Positions 54,001 to 62,545 of a stretch of 64,000 nucleotides of DNA are shown here, piece by piece. The notes under the pieces are model-generated. The model ran no database searches, was not told where the DNA came from, and saw only the letters and a program-made list of their open reading frames with translations. Source of the stretch: Pseudomonadota bacterium (GTDB lineage Bacteria > Pseudomonadota > Alphaproteobacteria > Rickettsiales > UBA1997); NCBI GenBank assembly GCA_018970485.1, contig JAGWWH010000001.1:79951-143950 (forward strand), written 5' to 3'. Position 1 is the stretch's first letter. Each line of letters opens with the position of its first letter. The translations under genes were made by a program, and so were the position numbers.

Positions 54001-54941
54001 CTTCAGAATATGCGGGATCGCATCCCGATCATGCCAAGAGAGCGGAATTATTAGGAGTTTTTGGTCGTGATGATGGCAGAACTATTTTTGAAAAAGCTGT
54101 AGCTCTAGATCAGCTTAATAAACACAACGGCTTCGGCGGAGAAAGTGCACAAACCAGACTAGCTAAAATGATGGATAATAGAGCAAATTTACTCGCCAGA
54201 GAGGCCAAAAAAGGCGATAAAAAAGCAGAACAAGATCTCAAAAGAATGGCAAAAGATGGAATGTATGCCACTAGGTTAGACAGAGAAACGCTGGATGCTT
54301 TCATGGCGAAAGAATTAGCTAAAAGGCAGGGGCAGGAAGTAATCGAAAAGGAAAATCAAAAAGAAATCGACGCTGAATTGGAAAGACGACAACAATCTGT
54401 CAGAGAAAAACTCGCAGAGATTTCTAGCTTTAGAGCTGATCCAGAAAAAGGTGCGATGTCAGAAAAAGCTGAATTAGACGAGATTTTTGCTAGGTCACAA
54501 AAAGAATCTGCAGATGCGAGAAATGAAGAAGAAAGAAGACAATCTTTAACTAATTCTGCTGAAGAGCTAGTTGCCAAAATACCTTCCATTATTCCTGAGG
54601 GCACTTCACTTCAAGATATTTTTGGTGCAGGAGCATCTGGGGTTCTTATTCCGGGCGGCAACGTAATGCTTGGCGCAGATGGTCAGCCGCTTGTTGATGC
54701 ACCTAAAGAAGCACAAATCAACCTATTAAAATTAAACAATAATCAACTTTACGCACAGGTTCAGCTCACTCGACTCAACTTACAGGTGAAGCAAATAGAC
54801 TTAGAGCAAGCTAAAAGTTCTGGCGACGCTGAAAAAATTCGAGAATTGGAAGGTCAAGTCGCGAAACTCGAAAATGATTTGCAGGACAGAAGAGGTGACT
54901 ACGACAAAGGAATGAATGATCTCAAAGAACTGTCCAAATAA
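51015..54941 (+). CDS. giant VirB6/TrbL-like type IV secretion membrane protein (Rickettsiales RvhB6-like architecture)
   Basis: 1308 aa. Lipoprotein-like signal (LALPLFSC). About 330-aa Cys-containing periplasmic region. Polytopic core (about aa 350-640) with the VirB6-like segment LALYIAIFGAAHIWGLAEMNKKEIFGRVIKIGLIMLFV. About 650-aa hydrophilic K/E/R-rich, coiled-coil-like tail. Confidence 0.55.
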   Translation: MSFTKKIAQFLALIFLALPLFSCKEGCVAADEFDSQSITIESLPDQIYGSYDPINGGQRVDWKNTELRVNGLPLLMQISGSWSSLQGGSSGSQGILDRLPRCNICTKRDPADNCICRWDQEPEPELAPSGNPYTLDADGNTLNCASNADHQDDALRCTCTKQHGKATDYGLYHFPRDLLNKDETVKLPDQQNNCKYDRGLGAYMSLWGSNGVTTPLRAYHLYSEESVCNITLNSDGECIDSQGRDRTRWIFRSANRLPFMKDDNSGNTDIDLNTVDDVYHSANEQLKTIMYDQYYRDNYGSYNVQIFGGVGKSKFSGILESLVGLVEDSILGKVGDDGKREGGILRSMYQSIVTDSGFAQILQISLALYIAIFGAAHIWGLAEMNKKEIFGRVIKIGLIMLFVSPTSWEFYNTFIVGFFKDGLDYLVGIFMTLTDSNIEQTSMIKVSQMDRVTDSSSATRFAYVDLIIRNLMSEAVSKKIISLFFTNFFGWFYIIAIYLLIFFFISVMLYVALIYVVNYLMKIVFVMSIGPIFIIFSLFKKTSGYFRNWLSYIAARSFEMLVLFIVLYLFVTIIDKNFNEMLLYNACAEPWGLGPLKMMVLKSDVDRGLAQWLLYFVTIFGLIFIMLQVIEQVPRLSGSLFTINIGDEKADGGYGYGGADFYTDNKGYASKSIAGSIAADFKPVQDFALATSTSLFGRVGSGVFYGGLRAINALGDITGFNSVYKSTTYRGGIAGNFMDDKFKAALEKNSGNEDGARDAFNSEMRDLLKTDPLKMAAVGINERSISEFLDEKLIRDPLRNFLKEETKRMKKMPADQIPIGEADVSDYLKRKADEWTKKNLSQSSAKRASEIMREKGIRELMRNQGTLNAKEAKEAFAGNKALEDKFRADLANRQFAEKQKGDNAWKNPVSVGLKRLLKNAYRRSVGDPFHNPGMVLKSFEKGRLDSDTGNLGAMRSYLRESGAPIDTTGMNASSRRAAERQNERNQFFKDQLRKSASEYAGSHPDHAKRAELLGVFGRDDGRTIFEKAVALDQLNKHNGFGGESAQTRLAKMMDNRANLLAREAKKGDKKAEQDLKRMAKDGMYATRLDRETLDAFMAKELAKRQGQEVIEKENQKEIDAELERRQQSVREKLAEISSFRADPEKGAMSEKAELDEIFARSQKESADARNEEERRQSLTNSAEELVAKIPSIIPEGTSLQDIFGAGASGVLIPGGNVMLGADGQPLVDAPKEAQINLLKLNNNQLYAQVQLTRLNLQVKQIDLEQAKSSGDAEKIRELEGQVAKLENDLQDRRGDYDKGMNDLKELSK

Positions 54942-55003
54942 TGAAGTTAAAAAATAAAATATTTTTGCGAGCCCAACAGCGCCAAGGGTTTTAATGGGGA
55001 GGT

Positions 55004-55025
55004 TTGTCGCCACCGGTGGCGACAA
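55004..55025. terminator. perfect 22-nt palindrome between convergent genes (possible bidirectional terminator hairpin)
   Basis: ttgtcgccaccggtggcgacaa, between the VirB6-like stop (54941) and the thiD stop (55045). No clear U-tract on either strand. Confidence 0.35.
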
Positions 55026-55044
55026 TTGAGATAAAAAAGCTTAA

Positions 55045-55833
55045 TTAGAAGTGAGACAAAACAGCGCTACCCTTCCCCACTGAAAGATTTTTTACCGCCG
55101 AACGAAAAACGTAGCGATTAGCTTTTTTTGTCGCACTGAGCAGATCCATTTTTTTTGCAATATTACAAGCAAGGGCCGAAGCCAAGGTGCAGCCGGTTCC
55201 GTGCAGTTGAATATTTTCAATTTTTTTGCTGCTGATGCGGTGAAAATTATTTTTTTCGTCGAGCAAAATATTGTGAATTCTTCCGTCAGAGAAATTTAAA
55301 TGACCACCTTTAATCAAAACCGCTTCGCATCCTAGAGCCTTTATTTTCAAGGCTGCTTGCTGCATGTTGAAAATATTTTTAATCTCCATTTCCGCTAAAA
55401 CTTCTGCTTCATCAATGTTGGGCGTAACGATGTAAGCACCGTTAATTAATTTTAATTTTAATGCCGCAATGGCATTTTTTTTGAGAAGTAAATCGCCAGA
55501 AGTTGCAACCATTACGGTGTCTAAAATTAGCGGAATATTTTTTGCCTTCTTTCGTAAGAGATCAGCAACGCAATCAATGATTTCAGCGGTTCCAAGCATG
55601 CCAATTTTAATCGCGTCGAACTGGATGTCTTCCAAAACAACTGCGATTTGCTCACGTAAAAATTCGATTGGAGAATTGTGAATCGCAAAAACTTTTTTAG
55701 TATTTTGTGCAGTTAGGCAAGTGATTGCCGCGGCGGAATAAACTTTGTGCGCGGTGGCGGTTTTGATGTCAGCCTGAATACCAGCGCCACCAGATGGGTC
55801 GGAACCGGCAATTATTAAAATTTTTGGAGTCAT
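55045..55833 (-). CDS. thiD: hydroxymethylpyrimidine/phosphomethylpyrimidine kinase
   Basis: 262 aa. IAGSDPSGGAGIQADIKT, GTGCTLASALA. Confidence 0.9.
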   Translation of the reverse strand: MTPKILIIAGSDPSGGAGIQADIKTATAHKVYSAAAITCLTAQNTKKVFAIHNSPIEFLREQIAVVLEDIQFDAIKIGMLGTAEIIDCVADLLRKKAKNIPLILDTVMVATSGDLLLKKNAIAALKLKLINGAYIVTPNIDEAEVLAEMEIKNIFNMQQAALKIKALGCEAVLIKGGHLNFSDGRIHNILLDEKNNFHRISSKKIENIQLHGTGCTLASALACNIAKKMDLLSATKKANRYVFRSAVKNLSVGKGSAVLSHF

Positions 55834-55882
55834 TATTTAAGAAAAAAGGTGAAGTGGTAATCGCTTAATAATCCTTATGGCT

Positions 55883-56989
55883 CTAGATGTCAGTCTGCCT
55901 TGTCTTAGTCTTTTTTTGGTCCAGAAAGCCAAGTGACATCGCTTTCAAACTATTTCTGGGAGAGGTATCCAACATTTTTTTACCAAGCATTCGAATATTT
56001 TCCTCCCCTTCTTTTTCGGTAATCTTCAAAGCGTCTTCTACCAGAACATCAACAACCGAAGGAATGTAGCGAGTTTTAAATTTACTATTTTGAGCATCCG
56101 ATTTGCCTTCTTGCATCCGAGCAAAATATCCATCCGGACGATTGATTAAATAGCAGGCAACCTCTCTTGTAACGCTTTCGTAGGATGCATCTACGGCCTG
56201 TCGCATTTCGCGATTATTCTGAATATTTTCAACCGTCAAAACGTCGCTCGGGAAATTAATTGGCTCGCCACTTATTAATTTTGCAACTTCAGCTTCGTTC
56301 ATGGCATTAGTAAAATCGGAGCCGTATTTCGCCCGATACTCCTCAATCACTTCACTATTTATTGAAAAAATCTGACCAGAACTTGGATGGTAAATTGCTA
56401 CCTCGCCAAATCTTTTTAGCAGATTTGGATTTCCCTCTTGGAATGAGTGATCTGAAGAAAAATAATCTAAATTCATTTTAGGAACGTCACCGATGAATTT
56501 AGAATAATTTGAGAGAGCTGCGACAGTGTTCTCTTCCGTGGCATCAGTCCAAGTTTCATTGTAAGGAAAGATTTTGGCCGCGTCTTGAAATCCTCTTCTC
56601 TGGAAAATCTTTAATTTAAGTTTGAACAAGGCGGGAATTGGAACTAGCGGAAATTGATCACAATGCAAATCGTTGTGAGGCAGGTTGGTTCGGCCATCAA
56701 CGGGATATGCTCTAAAACCTTTTCCCAAACTTTCTAAGGATAATATTCCGCCTCTTTGTGTTTGGTAGGGCATGATCGGCAAGCCGGGAAATAAGGCAGT
56801 AGCTGGGCCACTCAATTTTTGGTATTGAAGATTTTCAGAGTCCAATGAGCGAAAAAGTAAAACTCTGTATTTGCTTTGCATTTCATCCCCCTCATCAGCG
56901 CGATAAGGATTCTTCATTTCATTGCGAGAAGCCGAGTAAAATCTGACTTGGAACCAAGGAAAATGATTTCGCGGAATTGCTTTCTTCAC
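55883..56989 (-). CDS. hypothetical protein, no family recognised
   Basis: 368-aa ORF, soluble, no signal peptide. 7 nt downstream of pyrC. Basic C-terminus (QKKTKTRQTDI). Confidence 0.5.
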   Translation of the reverse strand: MKKAIPRNHFPWFQVRFYSASRNEMKNPYRADEGDEMQSKYRVLLFRSLDSENLQYQKLSGPATALFPGLPIMPYQTQRGGILSLESLGKGFRAYPVDGRTNLPHNDLHCDQFPLVPIPALFKLKLKIFQRRGFQDAAKIFPYNETWTDATEENTVAALSNYSKFIGDVPKMNLDYFSSDHSFQEGNPNLLKRFGEVAIYHPSSGQIFSINSEVIEEYRAKYGSDFTNAMNEAEVAKLISGEPINFPSDVLTVENIQNNREMRQAVDASYESVTREVACYLINRPDGYFARMQEGKSDAQNSKFKTRYIPSVVDVLVEDALKITEKEGEENIRMLGKKMLDTSPRNSLKAMSLGFLDQKKTKTRQTDI

Positions 56990-56996
56990 AGAATAA

Positions 56997-58313
56997 TTAA
57001 AGTTCGTAAACTACCTTTCCAGCCACTACAGTTCTAATCGCGCGACCTTTCACCTTAAATCCGTCAAACGGAGAATTTTTGGATTTGCTGTAAAATTTTT
57101 GCGAATCGATTTCCCATTCAACATCAAGATCAATCAAGACCAAATCAGCGCGCGCACCCTTTTTAATAACTCCGCCGTCGTAGTTAATTATCTCTGCCGC
57201 GTTGCAAGTCATTTTCGCAAGTAGATCGCGAAGGCTCAACACGCCTCGATGTACAAGATTTAGCGAAAGTGGTAGCATTGTCTCAACACCAACAATTCCG
57301 AAAGTTGCTTCTGACAAAGGTTTTTCTTTTGAAGCTAAATCGTGCGGCGCGTGATCGGTTGCAATCGCGTCAATCAAGCCCGAACGCAAACCTTCGATCA
57401 ATGCCAAACGATCTTTTTTAGAACGCAGCGGCGGATTCATTTTTGCGTTAGTTCCTGATTTCAAAACTTGTTCGTCATCCAACATGAAATGGTGCGGAGC
57501 TACTTCTACCGTAGCTGCAAGCCCTTTGTCTTTCGCGCGTTTAATCGCGTCCAAAGCCTCTTTGGTTGAAACGTGAAGCAAGTGGTAACGACCGCCAATC
57601 GCTTCAAGAATAGCCAAATCGCGCTCAACAATTACCGATTCAGAAATATTTGGAATACCACGCACACCAAGTTTTTTCGACACTTCGCCTTCATTGATGC
57701 AGCCTTTATTGGTAAGGTTTAGATCTTCTGCGTGCTGAGCAATTACAACTCCAAGATCGCGTGAATTTTCGAAAGCACGACGCATTAATTGCGCATTCAT
57801 TACCGGCAGACCGTCGTCAGTAAATCCTACCGCCCCAGCATCTTTCAAGGCTGGTAAATCCGCCAGTTCTTCACCTTTCATGTTTGTTGTAACACAGGCG
57901 TAAGCGCGAATATTGCAATGCGCGACTTCGCGGGCTTTGCTGTGGAGATCGTTTAACACTTCAACTGAATCAAGAGTTGGAATGGTATTTGGCTGACACA
58001 CAACCGCAGTGATTCCACCCGCCACCGCTGATTTCGAACCTGAATCTAAATCTTCTTTGTGGGTTTGACCGGGGTAGCGGAAATGCACTTGAATGTCGAT
58101 CAATCCGGGTGCGAGTACGTGACCTTGGCAATCAATAATTTCTGCATCTTCGACAAAAATATTTTCACCAAAATCTGCAATTTTATCGCCAATGGTTAAA
58201 AGGCTTCCGAGCTTGTCAAATCCTGACTTCGGATCAATGATGCGTGCGTTGATGTAGAGAGTTTTTTTATCTGCAGAAATTGGGTTTAAGTAAGGTAAAT
58301 CGAAGTTTGACAT
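56997..58313 (-). CDS. pyrC: dihydroorotase (long, allantoinase-like type)
   Basis: 438 aa. GLIDIQVHFRYPG metal-binding HxH, ATDHAPH. Confidence 0.9.
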   Translation of the reverse strand: MSNFDLPYLNPISADKKTLYINARIIDPKSGFDKLGSLLTIGDKIADFGENIFVEDAEIIDCQGHVLAPGLIDIQVHFRYPGQTHKEDLDSGSKSAVAGGITAVVCQPNTIPTLDSVEVLNDLHSKAREVAHCNIRAYACVTTNMKGEELADLPALKDAGAVGFTDDGLPVMNAQLMRRAFENSRDLGVVIAQHAEDLNLTNKGCINEGEVSKKLGVRGIPNISESVIVERDLAILEAIGGRYHLLHVSTKEALDAIKRAKDKGLAATVEVAPHHFMLDDEQVLKSGTNAKMNPPLRSKKDRLALIEGLRSGLIDAIATDHAPHDLASKEKPLSEATFGIVGVETMLPLSLNLVHRGVLSLRDLLAKMTCNAAEIINYDGGVIKKGARADLVLIDLDVEWEIDSQKFYSKSKNSPFDGFKVKGRAIRTVVAGKVVYEL

Positions 58314-58393
58314 GAGCTGAGAATTGGATTGAGAATTTTTTTTGATTACTAACTTTTGCCGCTCTTTTTCTTAATATCAAAAGAACTCCTCGC

Positions 58394-58768
58394 ATGCCGC
58401 ACGTAATCATCGAACATTCCGCAAATTTCCCAAAAAACTCGATTCAAGAAATTCAAACTGAGATTCAAAAAATCATGGCCTCAATCACTGAAGGCAATTT
58501 TGATCCAGATCAGTGTAGGTGTCGTAGCATTTCTTTTGACGAATATTTGGTCGGATTTGCCAATCAATCAAACGCGTCATTCATTCACATTTCGATTAAA
58601 CTTCTTAGCGGGAGATCTGTTGAGGTCAGAAAAAAACTCGCCGCAAAAAGCAGAGATTTTGTTGAAAAAATTTTTAACGAACTGGGCCTTAAAAATAATC
58701 GCTGCGACATTTCGGTGGATGTGATCGAAATGGATCGCGAAACTTACCAAAAAATTCGAATTTCGTGA
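58394..58768 (+). CDS. 5-carboxymethyl-2-hydroxymuconate isomerase-like (tautomerase superfamily)
   Basis: 124 aa. N-terminal MPHVIIEHSANF (catalytic Pro1 after Met removal) and the length are typical of the CHMI family. Confidence 0.65.
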   Translation: MPHVIIEHSANFPKNSIQEIQTEIQKIMASITEGNFDPDQCRCRSISFDEYLVGFANQSNASFIHISIKLLSGRSVEVRKKLAAKSRDFVEKIFNELGLKNNRCDISVDVIEMDRETYQKIRIS

Positions 58769-58875
58769 TTAAGCAAAATTAATTGAATCATTACCTTCCC
58801 AAGCAGCAGCTTATGAACATTCAGACTCGGTCTGGTGCAGAGGGATCCAATAACGCTAAAGGCTTAGATAACAAT

Positions 58876-59454
58876 TTATTGCTGAGCAGAAGTTTTTTTA
58901 ATCGAAAGAATAATTTTTCCGGCAGCGCCTTTCGATGATTTTTTTGACTGAAATTCTGAAATTATGATCGCTGATTTTTCATCAACCAAATATATTTTAT
59001 CTTCAAAGCCAAACTCTTCTTTAAGTCCTTTCGAGTCTTTGATATTAAGGCTGTAGATCATTTGTGCAGCGTTGCCCTCTTGTTTGCCGACTAGAGATTT
59101 AATAGCATCGTGGCCAACTCCTTCAAAGGATCCATCAGCGTTAGTGGTAATTAACCAAGTTCTGCTGCTCTTTGCGCTGTCAGAGCCGCGATAACTAAAC
59201 TGCAAAACGCCTCTATTTTCTTCCCACTTGCCGTTAATTTTTGTAGTAAAAGTTTCGATAATTTTTCCAGCTGAATCTTGCTTAATCGCAAAACCCTCGA
59301 GATCGCCATCAAAGAATTTTTTAAAATCCATTTTAACTGATTTGTCTAGATAATCCAAATTCCGAACCTCTTTTTTGCTAAACGAGAACTCAGCGCAGGA
59401 AGAAATTGTTAAAACCGTTACGATTAAAGAGGCTGCTTTGATAAGTTTTTTCAT
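58876..59454 (-). CDS. DUF3833-like lipoprotein (paralogue of 20239..20766)
   Basis: 192 aa from MKKLIKAASLIVTVLTISSC. Aligns by eye with the other copy (FFDGDLEGFAIKQDSAGKIIETFTTKINGKWEENRGVL... vs YLNGPLEAQGILQDRSGKMIKSFTVKMTGTWQGNEGTL...). The track ORF extends spuriously into guaA. Confidence 0.6.
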   Translation of the reverse strand: MKKLIKAASLIVTVLTISSCAEFSFSKKEVRNLDYLDKSVKMDFKKFFDGDLEGFAIKQDSAGKIIETFTTKINGKWEENRGVLQFSYRGSDSAKSSRTWLITTNADGSFEGVGHDAIKSLVGKQEGNAAQMIYSLNIKDSKGLKEEFGFEDKIYLVDEKSAIIISEFQSKKSSKGAAGKIILSIKKTSAQQ

Positions 59455-59482
59455 ATTTTTTGATTGAGTAATTAATTTAATT

Positions 59483-61021
59483 TTATTCCCACTCGATTGT
59501 TCCCGGTGGTTTCGAGGTGAAGTCGTAGACCACGCGGTTGATGCCGCGAACTTCGTTGATGATGCGATTTGCGACTGCACACAAAAATTCAGATTCAAAG
59601 TGATAAACCTCGGCTGTCATCCCATCAATTGAAGTGACGGCACGAAGAGCCAAAACATTTTCGTAGGTTCGCGCATCGCCCATTACACCGACGGTTTTGA
59701 TTGGAGTTAAGACCGAAAAAGCCTGCCAAATTTTGTCGTAAAGTCCGGCTTTGCGGATTTCTTCGATGTAGATTGCGTCAGCTTCTTGCAGCACTTTTAT
59801 TTTTTCTGGCGTGATTTCGCCAATGATTCGAATTGCCAAACCTGGGCCCGGAAATGGGTGACGACCAACTGTCGTGTCAGGCAATCCCAACTCTTTTCCA
59901 AGCACCCTCACCTCATCTTTAAACAACATTCTGACGGGTTCGAGCAATTTCAATTTCATCTTTTTTGGCAAGCCACCAACGTTGTGATGCGATTTAATTG
60001 TTTGGCTGGCGCCTTTGTTTGGATGGCTCGACTCGATTACGTCGGGATACAAAGTCCCTTGCGCGAGAAAAATTGCGTCTTTGATTTTCGCTGATTCCTT
60101 GTCGAAAACTTCGATGAAAGTTTTGCCAATAATTTTGCGTTTTTTCTCGGGATCAGAAACGCCTTTTAACTTCGATAAAAATAATTCCGAGGCATCGACG
60201 TAAACCAGATTAGTCTTAAATTTTTTGGCAAAAACTTCTCTGACCTGCGCGCCCTCGCCTTTTCTCAAAAGGCCGTGATCAACAAAAATGCAGGTTAATT
60301 GTTTGCCAATTGCTTCGTTGATTAAAGCCGCAACCACCGATGAATCCACGCCACCACTGAGTCCGCAGATCACTTGATTTTTGCCGACAATTTTTTTGAC
60401 ACGAGCAATTTCTTCTTTTTTGAAATTTTTCATCGTCCATTCCGGTTTACAGCCGGCAATTTTTACGACGAAGTTTTCGATTATTTTTTTGCCGTCGATT
60501 GAATGCACAACTTCCGGATGAAACTGCACGCCGTAGATTTTATTTTTCTCGTCAGCGATTGCGGCGTAAGGCGCTTTTGGCGTGTTGGCGATTACTTTGA
60601 AGCCTGTTGGAATTTTGCTGATGTGGTCACCGTGCGACATCCAAACTTGTTTGTTTTTTACTCCGACAAAAAATTTCGAAGTAGAAATAACTTTGATTTC
60701 CGCCTTGCCAAATTCACGTTCAAAAGATTTTCCAACTTTGCCGCCAAGCAAGTGACAGATTAGTTGCTCGCCGTAGCAAATTCCTAAAATTGGCAGACCT
60801 AGATCGAAGATTTTTTTATCAATTGTTGGTGCGCCTTTTTCGTAAACTGAAGCTGGGCCGCCGGAAAAAATTATTGCTTTAGGCGCAATTTTTTTGATTT
60901 CCTCGAGCTTGATGTCGGGATTTTTTACTTCGCAAAAAACGCCAAATTCACGAATTCTGCGCGCGATTAATTGAGTGACTTGGCTACCGAAATCGATGAT
61001 TAGAACTGAGTTGTTCGACAT
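59483..61021 (-). CDS. guaA: GMP synthase (glutamine-hydrolysing)
   Basis: 512 aa. GATase segment [21 protein letters not shown]-PPase loop [11 protein letters not shown]-terminal PPGTIEWE. Confidence 0.95.
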   Translation of the reverse strand: MSNNSVLIIDFGSQVTQLIARRIREFGVFCEVKNPDIKLEEIKKIAPKAIIFSGGPASVYEKGAPTIDKKIFDLGLPILGICYGEQLICHLLGGKVGKSFEREFGKAEIKVISTSKFFVGVKNKQVWMSHGDHISKIPTGFKVIANTPKAPYAAIADEKNKIYGVQFHPEVVHSIDGKKIIENFVVKIAGCKPEWTMKNFKKEEIARVKKIVGKNQVICGLSGGVDSSVVAALINEAIGKQLTCIFVDHGLLRKGEGAQVREVFAKKFKTNLVYVDASELFLSKLKGVSDPEKKRKIIGKTFIEVFDKESAKIKDAIFLAQGTLYPDVIESSHPNKGASQTIKSHHNVGGLPKKMKLKLLEPVRMLFKDEVRVLGKELGLPDTTVGRHPFPGPGLAIRIIGEITPEKIKVLQEADAIYIEEIRKAGLYDKIWQAFSVLTPIKTVGVMGDARTYENVLALRAVTSIDGMTAEVYHFESEFLCAVANRIINEVRGINRVVYDFTSKPPGTIEWE

Positions 61022-61046
61022 ATTTTTAAGTACATTTTTTTAAGTC

Positions 61047-61117
61047 GTCATTGCGAGCGAAGCGAAGCAATCCAGTGCGTTAATGGATTGCCACGTCGCT
61101 ACGCTCTTCGCAATGAC
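61047..61117. repeat. palindromic element, family C
   Basis: gtcattgcgagcgaagcgaagcaatccagtgcgttaatggattgccacgtcgctacgctcttcgcaatgac, between guaA and gpsA. Confidence 0.85.
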
Positions 61118-61120
61118 GAA

Positions 61121-62080
61121 CTACTGAAGAATTGCTTTTGAGATTATTTTTCTGATTTGTTCGGCAGAAGATTTGCGTTTGAGAATTTGATTTATCCCCT
61201 CACACAAATCGAGTTTTACTTTTAATTTTTTACCAAGAGCGACTAAGGCTGAGGCGGATGAAATGCCTTCGTAAGTTTTTCCGATTTCTTGTTCTTTTTC
61301 TTGTGCAAGCAAAACCCCAAGCGAGTTATTGCGCGATTTTTCTGAGGAGCAGGTGAGAAAAATATCGCCAAATCCCGCAGCATTTACGACGTCGGTTGAG
61401 GCTTTAATTTCCTTACAAATAACTTGAATTTCGGAAATTCCCTTCATCACCAACGCAGATTTGGCATTAATACCAAGATCAAGCCCATCAACAATTCCAC
61501 AGCCAATCGCCATTACATTTTTAACTACGCCACAAATTTCAGCGGTGCGCGGATCTTTGAAATAAAAGGCGCGAAAGTGATCATTGTTTAAAAGATTAAT
61601 CACCGTCATCGCTAATTTTTTATTTTTTGAAGCAATCGTAGTGATTGTTGGAACTTCGTTTGCAACCTCAGCGGCAAAATTTGGACCAGATAAAACTACG
61701 TAGTTTTTATTGCCGGTAATTTTAGCAAATGAATCACTTAAAAGCTCTCCAGTCTTAGCGTTAAGACCTTTTGAGCAAATTGCAAAAATCGTATTTTTTT
61801 TGAATTTCGTCAGCGCGATTTTTTGAAAAACCTTAACGCAAGCAATGCTGGGAGTGACAATAAAAACAAAATCGACATCTGTCACAAAGTCCCTTACGGC
61901 GAAGATTTTTGGACTTAGTTTTATGTTGGGTAAAAATTTTGAGTTGGCGCTCTCGTGACTTATTTCATCAATAATTTCACTTTTATTCGCGTTCAAAAAA
62001 ACTTCGTTAGAATTTTTGGCGATTAAGTTGGCGATTGAGGTTCCCCAAGCTCCCGCACCAATTACTAGGATTCTTTTCAT
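61121..62080 (-). CDS. gpsA: NAD(P)H-dependent glycerol-3-phosphate dehydrogenase
   Basis: 319 aa. VIGAGAWGTSIA, GPNFAAEV, NVMAIGCGI. Confidence 0.92.
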   Translation of the reverse strand: MKRILVIGAGAWGTSIANLIAKNSNEVFLNANKSEIIDEISHESANSKFLPNIKLSPKIFAVRDFVTDVDFVFIVTPSIACVKVFQKIALTKFKKNTIFAICSKGLNAKTGELLSDSFAKITGNKNYVVLSGPNFAAEVANEVPTITTIASKNKKLAMTVINLLNNDHFRAFYFKDPRTAEICGVVKNVMAIGCGIVDGLDLGINAKSALVMKGISEIQVICKEIKASTDVVNAAGFGDIFLTCSSEKSRNNSLGVLLAQEKEQEIGKTYEGISSASALVALGKKLKVKLDLCEGINQILKRKSSAEQIRKIISKAILQ

Positions 62081-62469
62081 GAAATTTTTTCGATTAAAAC
62101 AATTGCATTTGCGAATGATTTTTCGTCACTCAACGAAAGGTGAATCGCAAAATTCTCGCAGTTAAAATGTTTTTTAATGAACGCATTTTTTTCGTTCAGA
62201 ATTTTTATTCTTGGTTTACCGAAATCATCATTTTCAACTTCAATATCTTGGAAGTTAATTCCGCGACCGATGCCCAAACCAAGAGCCTTTGAAAAGGCTT
62301 CTTTTGCAGCAAATCTTTTAGCTAAAAAAATTGCGGAAGAGATTTTTTTTTTACTTTCGGCGCTCTCGTTTTTGGTGAAAATTTTTTGTAAGAATTTTTT
62401 TCCAAATTGATCTTCAAGATTTTGAATCCTTTCCACCGAGACTAGATCTATTCCAATTCCAAGAATCAT
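62077..62469 (-). CDS. acpS: holo-[acyl-carrier-protein] synthase
   Basis: 130 aa. MILGIGIDLVSVERI, AAKEAFSKALG. ATGA overlap with gpsA. Confidence 0.9.
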   Translation of the reverse strand: MILGIGIDLVSVERIQNLEDQFGKKFLQKIFTKNESAESKKKISSAIFLAKRFAAKEAFSKALGLGIGRGINFQDIEVENDDFGKPRIKILNEKNAFIKKHFNCENFAIHLSLSDEKSFANAIVLIEKIS

Positions 62470-62545
62470 TAGGAAAAAAATTGCATGTTTAGGAGGTGAT
62501 TTTTAGACAGCGCGCAAACTACTTAACACGTTATCGCAAATTCAA

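Noticed and set aside
58876-59598. Track ORF of 240 aa extending the lipoprotein gene 144 nt upstream into guaA.
   Set aside because: The extension overlaps the guaA 3' end and encodes no hydrophobic signal. The internal Met at 59454 gives a canonical signal peptide plus lipobox.
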